Positions 8,002-17,829 of a stretch of DNA of 64,000 nucleotides are shown here, one piece after another. The notes under the pieces were generated by a model. It made no database searches. It was not told the DNA's origin and saw only the letters and a list, made by a program, of their open reading frames with translations. A program made the position numbers and the translations under genes. The DNA is from a bacterium (lineage in GTDB: Bacteria; Patescibacteriota; CPR2; UBA1875; JAJYID01): the NCBI GenBank assembly GCA_021787535.1, contig JAJYLR010000002.1, forward strand, positions 24,556 to 88,555, written 5' to 3'. Numbering within the stretch: the stretch's first letter is position 1; every line of letters starts with the position of its first letter.

Positions 8002-10017
8002 GTGTTATATATTTTTAATATGAGGGTGAGTTTATCTGAAAAAGCATTTATAAAGAGATTATCAAAAAAACGGACTGCTCAGGTTCTGCTTCCGTTTTTT
8101 TTGTTAGTAATTTTCCTGGGTGTTGCTATAACCCCGCATATTGCTTTTGCTTCCTGGTGGAATCCCATTGACTGGGTACAGGATTTTATCTCCGATTTGC
8201 TTATTGCCTTTTCTACTGCTCTTTATTTTCTAGGTTTTGGTTTAGTGAGGATAGGCGTCGATTTTACTACCTTCTTGATTAGCACGCCTGCCGTTTCTGA
8301 AAAATGGCAGCTGATGCGAAACTTTACGCTGACCATTTTCGGACTCTTCATAATCATTATCGCCGCCATGAATATCCTGAAAGTCAAGATAGAGGAGTGG
8401 GGAGTAAATAAAATGATCCCCAAGCTTGCTCTGGCTGCCTTTGTGGTCATGTTTTCAAAGTATGTCTGCATTACCATAGTGAACTTCTCTAACATTATCT
8501 CAAGTGTCGTGGCATCCTCAATGAACTTTAATCTCTTTCAGCCATTCAGCCAGTTGGGCGACATGTTTGCCAACTTCTGCCAGGACTGTGCCTCTGGACC
8601 AAAATTATATGCAGCTTGGCTCCTTTTATTGGTCTCTGTAATCGGCTTCATTTTTTTAGCTGCTTTATTCCTTATCTTGCTTATAAGGGCCCTGGTTCTG
8701 ATATTGCTGATTGTAGTCTCGCCACTTGCTTTCGCGCTTTATGTCTTACCCTGGACTAACAAGGTCTTCACTAAGTGGTGGGACATGTTCCTGAAGTGGA
8801 CTTTCTTCTATCCGATATGTCTGACAATTCTTGTCATAGGGGTATCTCTGTCTATGGACGCGCATAATACCGGTGGCAATCAGGTAAACAGTATTATGTC
8901 AGGGATTCTAAAATCGGTACCCTTGTTCGGTAACGATGCTGCGACTCAGATGGCTCCAGTCATGGCCCAATTCGCCTTTACTATGATAGCTTTTCTTACT
9001 ATACCTCTGGCAATGATTCTGCCGCTTTCACTTCTAGGGCAGGCAGGTAAAATGATCAACAATGCAATGAAAGGAGCCGGTAAGGCCGCGGGTGGGAAAG
9101 CATATAAGAGCAGTGTCATCCCCGGTGTCAGACGCAGTCCGAAGGCGTTGCTGCAAGCAGGAATGCGCAGAGGACTTCGGCCGTTTGGCTCCCGCGGCCC
9201 GAAACTCGGCTATGGCTATGACAAGATGCGAGATATGAATAGGGAGATGGTGAAAGAGATTAGTAAGACTCCTTTAAGCAAAGAGGAGAGGCGAAACTAC
9301 GCCAGAGGCCTTTTAGGCCGTGGTTCTCCTGCATTTAATAATCTATCAAACGAGAAACAGGCATGGATTAGGGATTTTGAAACAAAAGGCGGGGGCAGGA
9401 ACGAGATGATAGATTACCTTGCAGACAAAGGGGAAATAAATGCCGGGGTTATTGCGAATCCGCAAGTACAGCAGCGCTTGCAACAAACTGGAGACTGGAA
9501 TAAAGCCATAAGAGACGGTAAGCTTTTCCATGTTAATATGCACGATTCCCAAGGTGGAGAACTACAATATTACGGCAATGGAGATCCAATCATGATGCCA
9601 ACTAATCTAAATGAAGAAGGTCTCGGTCCAGTATCTGAAATGATTACCCCCAGCATTAATCAACTTCAGACCACCCAGCTAGCTGGACCGCAAGCCATAA
9701 CAGATGAAAACCTAGGACTTCTTGCCCGCGATCCTACCAAAGCCAAGTTTTTGTCAGATTATCGAGATTCTATTCATGATAGAATTGGAAATGTCCAAGA
9801 TGGTGATGTGCATCAACAAACAGCGGCTCAAATAAACGCTGAACTTCAAAGAAAGGAAAATGTCATCAACAACCTTCTTGGGCAAGCAGCACCGGGCGGA
9901 GGACAGGGACAAGGCGGTCAAGCGCAAGGACAACCTCAAGTGATAGTTCCTCATGTTGGACAAGGAAATCGCGATAACCCCCATCAGGATGATATCCCGC
10001 CAAACAGAAGATTATAA
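8002..10017 (+). CDS. VirB6/TrbL-like polytopic membrane protein with cytoplasmic tail
   Basis: Many TM segments; LLIVVSPLAFALYVLPWT..F.KWW..FLKW.F signature; position in the cluster; start may be 8020. Confidence 0.75.
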   Translation: MLYIFNMRVSLSEKAFIKRLSKKRTAQVLLPFFLLVIFLGVAITPHIAFASWWNPIDWVQDFISDLLIAFSTALYFLGFGLVRIGVDFTTFLISTPAVSEKWQLMRNFTLTIFGLFIIIIAAMNILKVKIEEWGVNKMIPKLALAAFVVMFSKYVCITIVNFSNIISSVVASSMNFNLFQPFSQLGDMFANFCQDCASGPKLYAAWLLLLVSVIGFIFLAALFLILLIRALVLILLIVVSPLAFALYVLPWTNKVFTKWWDMFLKWTFFYPICLTILVIGVSLSMDAHNTGGNQVNSIMSGILKSVPLFGNDAATQMAPVMAQFAFTMIAFLTIPLAMILPLSLLGQAGKMINNAMKGAGKAAGGKAYKSSVIPGVRRSPKALLQAGMRRGLRPFGSRGPKLGYGYDKMRDMNREMVKEISKTPLSKEERRNYARGLLGRGSPAFNNLSNEKQAWIRDFETKGGGRNEMIDYLADKGEINAGVIANPQVQQRLQQTGDWNKAIRDGKLFHVNMHDSQGGELQYYGNGDPIMMPTNLNEEGLGPVSEMITPSINQLQTTQLAGPQAITDENLGLLARDPTKAKFLSDYRDSIHDRIGNVQDGDVHQQTAAQINAELQRKENVINNLLGQAAPGGGQGQGGQAQGQPQVIVPHVGQGNRDNPHQDDIPPNRRL

Positions 10018-10048
10018 ATCTCTCCGGTTAACTATTTAAAATGAAGAC

Positions 10049-10711
10049 ATGCAGTACAAAATACCTCAAGAGTTTAACGTCGAAGACAAGATAATCGGTC
10101 CCTTTACTTTAAAGGGATTCGGTTTCATTTTCGCTGCAGCCGTCGTAGCTTTAGTATGCGTCGTTTCTCTGTCAAAGCATATCGGCTTCATACCTTCCGT
10201 TTTGATTGGCGCACTCTTGGGCTCGGTCTTTATAATCGTCGGATTTATCCCCTTCAACGGCCGGCCGATGTATACCTTCGCATCACCCTTTATAAACTTT
10301 TTGATAAAGCCGAGACAAAGGGTCTGGAGAAGAGAGGTTGAGACGGCTAAAAAACCTCAAACAGCTAATAAACCCGCAGCAACAACCGAAGCAAAACCGG
10401 GTAATACACCGGCAAAAGCAGATGTCTCATCAATTGCAGAAAAGATCGAAGACATCGCTCTCACAGTAGACACCGGCGGAGCATATGCCGGGAGCCAGGC
10501 GGAAACAGCAGGTGATATCCTAGAGAAAGGAAGTCCTACTGTAGAGCAGGCGCTTCAGAAAGCGCAGGCCGAGGCTAGCCGAAAGAAACAGCGGCCAGAA
10601 CCGGCCATATCAGAAATGGCTAGCGTAGATCCGGACAAAAAGTTCGGCTATGAGCGTCCAGATACTTCAAAATATAAAATTGATGAGGAGTTAAAAAAGA
10701 ACAGGCAATGA
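10049..10711 (+). CDS. prgI: PrgI family (VirB3-like) protein
   Basis: MQYKIPQ..VEDKIIGPFTLK, two TM helices, NGRP..F..KPRQRVW. Confidence 0.85.
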   Translation: MQYKIPQEFNVEDKIIGPFTLKGFGFIFAAAVVALVCVVSLSKHIGFIPSVLIGALLGSVFIIVGFIPFNGRPMYTFASPFINFLIKPRQRVWRREVETAKKPQTANKPAATTEAKPGNTPAKADVSSIAEKIEDIALTVDTGGAYAGSQAETAGDILEKGSPTVEQALQKAQAEASRKKQRPEPAISEMASVDPDKKFGYERPDTSKYKIDEELKKNRQ

Positions 10712-11457
10712 ATCCTTTTAAGAAAAAACAAACTGGGGCAAACCCGCAGTCATTCGAAAGCACCCAGAAGTACCTGGCCATCGACCAGATTAAAGACGAT
10801 GTTTTGCTAATGAAAGACGGCTCTTTGAGAGGTGTGCTTATGGTTTCCAGCATTAATATGTCTCTGCGCTCGGAACAAGAACAGTCATCAATCATTTATG
10901 CCTATCAAAACGCTTTAAATTCTTTGGATTTTCCTGTACAAATCCTAGTGCAATCAAGAAAAGTTGATCTCACCTCCTACATGGCGATACTGGAAAAAGA
11001 ATATGAGAAGGAGGCGCCCGGACTTTTGAAAGATCAGATTCAAGAATACATTAGCTTCCTGCAGCAGATCTTGGAAAGCGTCAATGTCATGGACAAACGT
11101 TTTTTCGTGACAGTTCCATACTTTCCCAATGTCATTCAGGAAAGCTCAAAAGGCGTACTTTCTATAGTGGGTTTAGGGAAAAAGGCGAACCCCGTCTCCC
11201 AAAGCCAGCGCAACTACAGTATAAACCTTGACCAGTTAAACCAGAGGTTGGATATCGTTACCTCCCTTCTTTCCACTATAGAGCTAAAAGCATCGCGCCT
11301 GCCTACAGAGGCCCTTATAGAGCTTTTTTACGTCTGCTACAATCCTGAAACAGCCGGCCATGAGCATATAAAAAATCTGGACAGCTTTGGGGCAAAGTAC
11401 ATTACAAGGAGAGAATCGCTTGGAGGTAATACGATAGGTGGCGGGTATGCTGGATAA
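10708..11457 (+). CDS. T4SS-associated protein resembling the VirB4/TraC N-terminal region
   Basis: STQKYLAIDQIKDD..SSINMSLRSEQEQ..LNSLDFPVQILVQSRK; lies between prgI and virB4. Confidence 0.7.
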   Translation: MNPFKKKQTGANPQSFESTQKYLAIDQIKDDVLLMKDGSLRGVLMVSSINMSLRSEQEQSSIIYAYQNALNSLDFPVQILVQSRKVDLTSYMAILEKEYEKEAPGLLKDQIQEYISFLQQILESVNVMDKRFFVTVPYFPNVIQESSKGVLSIVGLGKKANPVSQSQRNYSINLDQLNQRLDIVTSLLSTIELKASRLPTEALIELFYVCYNPETAGHEHIKNLDSFGAKYITRRESLGGNTIGGGYAG

Positions 11458-13240
11458 GTTTCTGAAGAAGAGCCAGCCAACCCAGGAAGAGATCCTTGCC
11501 ACGCAAAAGGTGCAGGCCTTCCAGCGGGGAATAAGCACAATACGCGATCTTATAGCCCCTGCTTCATTTGCAAAAAACTTTAACTATCTGCAGATTGGGG
11601 AAACATATGCCAGAACTCTCTTCGTATATGAATATCCCAGATTTTTGTATTCCGGCTGGATATCTCCCATTATTAATATTGACATTCGACTTGATCTTTC
11701 AATATTTATCTATCCTGAAGATTCCCAGGATGTGGCCAAAAAACTGCGCGCCAAATCCACTCAAGTAGAATCCTCGATCAATATGGAGGCAGATAAAGGG
11801 CTGGCGAGAAATCCCACGCTTGAAGCGACTTATCAGGATATCGAGGAACTGAGAGACAAACTTCTCACCGGACAGTCCAAAATGTTCAAACAGGGTATGT
11901 ATATCACGGTTTACGAAGACTCGCTGGACGAGCTGAACGAATGCACAAAGATTTTGGAAAATATGCTTGGAACAGAAATGGTTTTTACCAAGCATGCTTC
12001 CCTTCAAATGGAGGAGGGTTTTAACTCCACGCTGCCAATGGGGCTGGATCAGCTCATGTACAATCGCAATATGGACACAGAGGCAATCTCCGTATCTTTT
12101 CCTTTTGTTTCATCGACTTTAACCAGTAACGAGGGTATTCTCTACGGAGCCAACAAGTCAAACAACAGTTTAATTATCTTCGACCGCTTTAAGCTGCAAA
12201 ACTACAATTCCGTTGTTCTGGCTTCCTCGGGAGCAGGAAAATCATATACAGTGAAGCTGGAGATATTAAGACAGCTTATGTTTGACGCGGATGTTATAGT
12301 GATTGACCCTGAAAAAGAGTTTGAAACTTTATGCCAAACTGTTGGCGGATCATATATAAATATCCATTTGAATTCAAAGGAGGTCGTAAATCCTTTCGAC
12401 CTACCCCAAAATCTGACCGATTATGATGACCAAAAAGATGCCCTCCGAAGCAATATCATTATTCTGACGGGGCTCCTTAGAGTTATGATGGGCAAACTCA
12501 CAGATGAGGAAAGCAATATCCTGGACAAGGCGCTGGTGGAAACATATGCTTCGAAGGGTATAACAGAAGATCCGTCAACCCATCACCTGACTCCGCCTAT
12601 CATGAGCGATTTAAAGAGTATCTTAGAAAGCATAAACGGAGGCGAGAGTATGGCCCTTCGCCTGGGCAAATTCACGGAAGGGACATTCTCGGGTCTCTTT
12701 AATGATTACACCAACATTTCGCTGGGCAATAGGATGGTCTGCTTTTCTATCCGAGACCTGGAAGAGGATTTGAGGCCGATTGCCATGTATTCCATACTGA
12801 ACTTCATCTGGAATAAGGTTAAAAGCGATAAGAAAAAAAGAATTCTGGTGGTTGATGAGGCCTGGACTATGATGAAATATGAAGACTCGGCCCAATTCCT
12901 TTACGCCATAGCAAAAAGAGGCAGAAAATATTACCTGGGCATGACTACTATCGGCCAGGACATCGGCGACTTTTTAAAGAGCGAGTACGGGAAACCTTTG
13001 ATTTCAAACGCTTCAATGGCTCTGCTTTTGAAGCAGCATCCTTCGCAGGTTGAGCTTATTAAAGAAGTATTCGACCTAACAGATTCTGAGAAAAACTATC
13101 TGCTGCAATGCGGAGTCGGTGAAGGGCTTTTTGTCGCCGGGCTAAACCATGCTCTAATACAAATCATCAGTTCGGAAAAAGAAGACTCAATCGTCACTAC
13201 TAATCCCGAGCAGTTAAAATCAATGCAGGGAGGAGCTTAA
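11438..13240 (+). CDS. virB4: VirB4-like T4SS ATPase
   Basis: Walker A SSGAGKS, VIDPEKE, Walker B VVDEAW, KRGRKY; start may be 11447. Confidence 0.92.
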   Translation: MAGMLDKFLKKSQPTQEEILATQKVQAFQRGISTIRDLIAPASFAKNFNYLQIGETYARTLFVYEYPRFLYSGWISPIINIDIRLDLSIFIYPEDSQDVAKKLRAKSTQVESSINMEADKGLARNPTLEATYQDIEELRDKLLTGQSKMFKQGMYITVYEDSLDELNECTKILENMLGTEMVFTKHASLQMEEGFNSTLPMGLDQLMYNRNMDTEAISVSFPFVSSTLTSNEGILYGANKSNNSLIIFDRFKLQNYNSVVLASSGAGKSYTVKLEILRQLMFDADVIVIDPEKEFETLCQTVGGSYINIHLNSKEVVNPFDLPQNLTDYDDQKDALRSNIIILTGLLRVMMGKLTDEESNILDKALVETYASKGITEDPSTHHLTPPIMSDLKSILESINGGESMALRLGKFTEGTFSGLFNDYTNISLGNRMVCFSIRDLEEDLRPIAMYSILNFIWNKVKSDKKKRILVVDEAWTMMKYEDSAQFLYAIAKRGRKYYLGMTTIGQDIGDFLKSEYGKPLISNASMALLLKQHPSQVELIKEVFDLTDSEKNYLLQCGVGEGLFVAGLNHALIQIISSEKEDSIVTTNPEQLKSMQGGA

Positions 13241-13243
13241 GCA

Positions 13244-15124
13244 ATGGCTGCGGAGCTGCAAGAACCAGAGGAACTGGAAGAAGAGCCCCAAGAAGATGAA
13301 GGGCTTGGCGACACCGTCCGTGATGCGGATCAGGACTTTAAAAATCTAAACAAGTTCAGAAATAAGGGCAAGGGAGGAGAAGGCGCATCAGATGCCGCAA
13401 AGGGTGGAGCAAAAGCTGCCGGAAAAGAAGGAGCTGAACTGGCCGCTGAAGAAGAAGCAGCCCACATAGCCGAAAAAAGGGTGGCAGCTGAGGCAGCGGC
13501 AAGGTTAGGGGCGGAGGCCATCGGCGCGATTTCAACCGGGGTTGGAGTGGTGCTTGCTATTCCCGATCTTGTCCGGCTGGCAAAAAGCAAGTGGGGGAAG
13601 ATAACAATTGGTTCCTGCTGTGTTTGTGCGTGTTTGCCGTTTGCAGGAATATTGTTTGGCGGCATGATCTTGATTGCCGCCATTGGTGGTGGCCAAAGCG
13701 GAGACTCTAACAATCAATGCCCTTATATTCGCAGTGATGGAGAGGTGATCGAAGATTGGAGTTATGAGTTGGTAGATGGTAACAAAGAGAATTATAAAAC
13801 TGCCCTCCAAGATGCTGAAGCAATTACACATGTACCCGCTGCTATTCTGGCAGCTATTGATTATGAAAAGTACGCTAACGGTTATCAAGACGATAGAGAT
13901 AATCCACACAGAAGTCATGAACAAGCATTAATTGAGATAGGCAAAAAGGTACAGGAAACAAATGAATTGAGAGATAAATCGACAGGCAAGCTAGTTCTTG
14001 ATGAGAATGGAAAGCCCATAGATACCGTCTGGACTGATTCGGTTAGCAAAGATAACCCCAATATTGCCACTGGAATAGCTATCTTATCAAACTATCGATG
14101 CCCTGAGGTGGCAGAATCCTTGGCAGATCAAGCTAACCCACCCATAGCCGGGAATCAAAAAAATGAGTTCATAAATGAGTTTTGTTATTCATCCAAAGGG
14201 GGACCGGGTAACAGCACCTATACAGCAATGGACGATGATTGGATCATGCGAGATTTTGTTGACGATTCAGTAGCTGGTGAAATTCAAAAATTAAATCCTG
14301 TGCAGTCGGTTCCTTACTTAGGCACCTTTGTGGGAGGCGTTTTAAAGGGAGTGTCCACAGCTAAACAATTACTTGACTCATTGGCAAACGTGCCGGGAGC
14401 AGTTTGGTCTGCAAAATGCCACATAGGAGTAGGAAATTGCGAAACACCAGAGATTGGCGCGGCTACATGGCTAAAGGTATATCTTGATGGCGATGAACTG
14501 ATAAAGAGCCACACAGTAACAGAAAATGGGAAAAAGAAGACCATTCCAGGATGTCCTATCAAGAAATGGACGGGTGGCAGTAGCAACGGTTCTCCAAGTT
14601 CAGGTAGTCCAGGCCAATGCGTTAACGGCATTGCCCAAGTTCCCGAGTTTTTCCAATTTTCTCCACCCTGGGCATCTATACCTATAGATGAGTCGGGAGA
14701 CAACGTCCGAGCAGGCGGTTGCGGACTCACTTCACTGACAATGGTGTTAAACTGGTATGGCAAAGGTGTTACACCGGCCGATACTATTACTTGGCTGGAT
14801 GCCAATCCCCCTGTTTGCTATTCAGGTGGCTGGACCGGCTGCATGTATCCAAAAGTAGCACAACACTGGGGTATGAATGCCGGATTTAATACCATAGGAT
14901 GGGCAGAGGCAGAACAAAAACTTAGGAACTGCCAACCTGTTATTGTGGCAAATAATAGCGGCAGTTGGGCTTATACATGGCATTTAGTGGTTCTAACAGG
15001 AATTGACAGCAACAACAATGTCCATGTTAACGATCCGTTTCCTCGGGATATGAAAACTGGCCAATACACCGTGCCTCTTGATACAATAAAATCAACCATA
15101 GGAAATATCATCGATGTATACTGA
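13244..15124 (+). CDS. Membrane-anchored protein with C-terminal C39-like peptidase (candidate wall hydrolase)
   Basis: Q..PPW ... GCGLTSLTMVL ... HLVVLTG ... VNDP catalytic pattern; TM segment with CCVCAC. Confidence 0.75.
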   Translation: MAAELQEPEELEEEPQEDEGLGDTVRDADQDFKNLNKFRNKGKGGEGASDAAKGGAKAAGKEGAELAAEEEAAHIAEKRVAAEAAARLGAEAIGAISTGVGVVLAIPDLVRLAKSKWGKITIGSCCVCACLPFAGILFGGMILIAAIGGGQSGDSNNQCPYIRSDGEVIEDWSYELVDGNKENYKTALQDAEAITHVPAAILAAIDYEKYANGYQDDRDNPHRSHEQALIEIGKKVQETNELRDKSTGKLVLDENGKPIDTVWTDSVSKDNPNIATGIAILSNYRCPEVAESLADQANPPIAGNQKNEFINEFCYSSKGGPGNSTYTAMDDDWIMRDFVDDSVAGEIQKLNPVQSVPYLGTFVGGVLKGVSTAKQLLDSLANVPGAVWSAKCHIGVGNCETPEIGAATWLKVYLDGDELIKSHTVTENGKKKTIPGCPIKKWTGGSSNGSPSSGSPGQCVNGIAQVPEFFQFSPPWASIPIDESGDNVRAGGCGLTSLTMVLNWYGKGVTPADTITWLDANPPVCYSGGWTGCMYPKVAQHWGMNAGFNTIGWAEAEQKLRNCQPVIVANNSGSWAYTWHLVVLTGIDSNNNVHVNDPFPRDMKTGQYTVPLDTIKSTIGNIIDVY

Positions 15125-15674
15125 TAGAAAAATTTTGCTTCTCGCCGGCCTGTCTGTTTTTATGATTCTGTTTTTAGTGTTTTCTATCATATTTTCAAGA
15201 GTAAAAAATCTGGAAATAACAACAAGTCCAAGCGGTGCGAGTTATAGCATTCAAGGCGATTCATCGGGTACAACACCTGTAAAACTCCGGCTCTCACCGG
15301 GCAAGCATATAATTAAAATAACAAAGGGTTCCTACAAAACGATCAATGCTAATATAAATATCCCCTTCTGGGGCTTTCAGAAAATACACTATGATTTGGA
15401 ATACAATGGGCCTAAAAAATCCGATACGCAAACCTCTCTCCAAGAAAGAATTGACACGCGTGAAAAATATAATCATGATTTTCCATTCGCAAAGTATCTA
15501 CCCTTTCATGGAAATAACTTTTACATGACGCCGCCCTCCAATGACGGCACGCTTAATATATATTACAGCCCAACCAATGAAGCGCAAGGAAAAGCTGAGG
15601 CCGAGACGTGGCTTCAGCAGCATCAAGTTAATACAGCTAATCTAAAGATCAATTGGCTTCCAGGTGTAGAATAG
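15114..15674 (+). CDS. PEGA-domain membrane-anchored protein
   Basis: LEITTSPSGA...GTTP...LSPGKHIIKITK. Confidence 0.8.
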   Translation: MYTDRKILLLAGLSVFMILFLVFSIIFSRVKNLEITTSPSGASYSIQGDSSGTTPVKLRLSPGKHIIKITKGSYKTINANINIPFWGFQKIHYDLEYNGPKKSDTQTSLQERIDTREKYNHDFPFAKYLPFHGNNFYMTPPSNDGTLNIYYSPTNEAQGKAEAETWLQQHQVNTANLKINWLPGVE

Positions 15675-15703
15675 TTATAATAAAAATATAAAGGAGAGTC
15701 TCA

Positions 15704-16975
15704 TTGTATTCACCAATTGAAAATAAAAAAGAAAAAGTGGAATTCCTAGTAGCATTTTTTATAACTTTTCTTTTTATTTTTATTCCATTGACAATAACAT
15801 TTGCTGGTAATACAAAAAGGTTTTTCTCTACCCCACCCGGTGCTTTAAATCTGGATCAATGTAATGGACCTTGGGCTGTAACGTTCAGCGATAAAACAGA
15901 TGATCCCAATGTTAAGAGTGACGCTGCAATAGAAAAAAACAAGAGAAAACTCGCTGATGCTATAAACGCCGAGATTGCCAAATTCCCTAAGTCTAAGTTT
16001 TTAAAGACAAACGGCGGACTAGATGATCCGGGTAAAGCTTTTGTTGATGCCAGTATCGAAAATAATATCAACCCTATACTTTTAGTGGCTATGGCTTACA
16101 CCAATTCGGATATGGCGAGTACGACGAATGCGGCCCTGAAATGCGGCAACCCATGGGGCCAGCAGCCCATAACCGGCAAACCAACCTGTCAGACTAATGA
16201 TGGTGGCCAAACCCTTTCATGGTATGAATATAACAAAGATCATCAGTATAATGAGGGCATGATTGGCGATGAGGCAAAGAGAGTTTTTCAAACATATCTG
16301 AACCAGACCGACTGGAACCCGCCACTTATCACTCTGGATGATTTCGTACAAAGATATGACGAGAAAAATCCTTGGAGAGAAATGGGCGTGCCAGATCAAA
16401 GTAAATCAATCGCAGACAACTATAAAACTGTTTACAATGACATATTAACATCAAAGAATGGGAAAGATACCCTTGTGTGCTCTCAGAGTGGAAATGGTGG
16501 GGGGGATTTAGCAAATGCCGACTCCCTGAGCGTCAAAGGCATAGAATGTGTTCTAGATGCAACAGGCCATGGCTACAATCTAAAGCCTTATGCTCAGGAT
16601 TTGTATAAAGCTGCTCATGATTTTCATGTTAACCCCCTTTATTCCCTTGCGCAATTTGATAAGGATAGTTCCCTAGGTACAGCAGGAGCCGGCCTCGACA
16701 ATAAAAATCCAGGAAATATAGGTTGCGACCAAGGATACACCACAGGAGCTGGTGTGCAATACAGCTGTGCTGACTTTGCCGTTTTTAATACCTTTGGTGA
16801 TGGAATGAGGGCTCACAACTGGTTAATCAGAACTGAATATCTAGATCAGGGACTTACCACAATTGAAGCCATTATCAACAAGTATGCCCCTCCTAGTGCA
16901 AATGACACCAACCAATATATTCAAGATGTGAAAGATTTTATGAGTAAATATGGGCCAATGTGTTCCGGCCAATAA
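15704..16975 (+). CDS. Secreted protein with tandem lysozyme/glucosaminidase-like modules
   Basis: NINPILLVAMA..NPWG and HVNPLYSLAQF..NPGNI ... TIEAIINKYAPPSANDTNQY. Confidence 0.65.
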   Translation: MYSPIENKKEKVEFLVAFFITFLFIFIPLTITFAGNTKRFFSTPPGALNLDQCNGPWAVTFSDKTDDPNVKSDAAIEKNKRKLADAINAEIAKFPKSKFLKTNGGLDDPGKAFVDASIENNINPILLVAMAYTNSDMASTTNAALKCGNPWGQQPITGKPTCQTNDGGQTLSWYEYNKDHQYNEGMIGDEAKRVFQTYLNQTDWNPPLITLDDFVQRYDEKNPWREMGVPDQSKSIADNYKTVYNDILTSKNGKDTLVCSQSGNGGGDLANADSLSVKGIECVLDATGHGYNLKPYAQDLYKAAHDFHVNPLYSLAQFDKDSSLGTAGAGLDNKNPGNIGCDQGYTTGAGVQYSCADFAVFNTFGDGMRAHNWLIRTEYLDQGLTTIEAIINKYAPPSANDTNQYIQDVKDFMSKYGPMCSGQ

Positions 16976-16989
16976 GGAGGTAAAACTAA

Positions 16990-17508
16990 ATGAGAGATAA
17001 AAAAATAATTATTTTATTGTTAGTTATAGGAGCTTTTATAATTATATTCTTATTTGCACTCATTTTTTTGCACCCCAAAAGAAACACTCCCCAAAAACCC
17101 AGTAACAGTTCAGCTACCCAACAAAGAAGTCCTGAGGAAATATTTGCAGAGGATTTTGTAAAGAAATTTGTTACATATAGCTACCAAGATACTTCTAACT
17201 ATATACCACAGCTAACCCCATATATAGCGCCGAAATACCTAGCCAATTTTCAAAAAAGATTCAGATTACCTAAAAATATAACACCGGACATAAGGAATAA
17301 TTATAGTAAATATCAGTCAACCATTCAGGTACTAACTTTGGCAAAAAGCGATTCCAGACAAACGATATATGTTGAGTATGTTGCTTCAAAAGTTGATGCC
17401 CCTAATCGCCCCCAAGAATTCAAGGACACAAATGCAGTAACAGTTGTATTAGACAAGATTAATGGCAAATTTTTAATTACCGCTGTAGATTTTTCCACTC
17501 CCCAATAG
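16990..17508 (+). CDS. VirB8-like bitopic protein
   Basis: N-terminal TM, FAEDFVKKFVTYSYQ, terminal V.L.K..GKFLITAV typical of the NTF2-like fold; cluster position. Confidence 0.55.
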   Translation: MRDKKIIILLLVIGAFIIIFLFALIFLHPKRNTPQKPSNSSATQQRSPEEIFAEDFVKKFVTYSYQDTSNYIPQLTPYIAPKYLANFQKRFRLPKNITPDIRNNYSKYQSTIQVLTLAKSDSRQTIYVEYVASKVDAPNRPQEFKDTNAVTVVLDKINGKFLITAVDFSTPQ

Positions 17509-17829
17509 CGGCTCAATCACAAATACTATTCTCAGTTCTCCACTTTGAAGCTCTATTTGCCGTAGATTAATCTCTTGGGCCCAGGCGCTTGAGGTAACGG
17601 CGACTTTTAATATTCCGTCGCGGAATGAGATTGCTCTTACGTTCCTTTGCCCCTTTTCTCCAAAAACTTCCATAATAGTCCTGTCAAACTCCTCACAAAT
17701 CATAGCAGCATCAACCTGTTTTTTGATGCCAAGCTGGCTGAGGCGCTTGGCAAAAATATCCCCCAAGTTACCGGTACTGGAATTTGGAATAGGAGTATTG
17801 GATTTTGAATTTTGGGGATTGTTTTTCAC
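17473..17829 (-). CDS. dciA: DUF721/DciA family protein
   Basis: FRDGILKVAVTSSAWAQEINL; directly follows recF. Confidence 0.8.
   Translation of the reverse strand: MKNNPQNSKSNTPIPNSSTGNLGDIFAKRLSQLGIKKQVDAAMICEEFDRTIMEVFGEKGQRNVRAISFRDGILKVAVTSSAWAQEINLRQIELQSGELRIVFVIEPLLGSGKIYSGN

Noticed and set aside
6590-17508. Integrative conjugative element
   Set aside because: No integrase, relaxase, coupling protein or flanking repeats in the window
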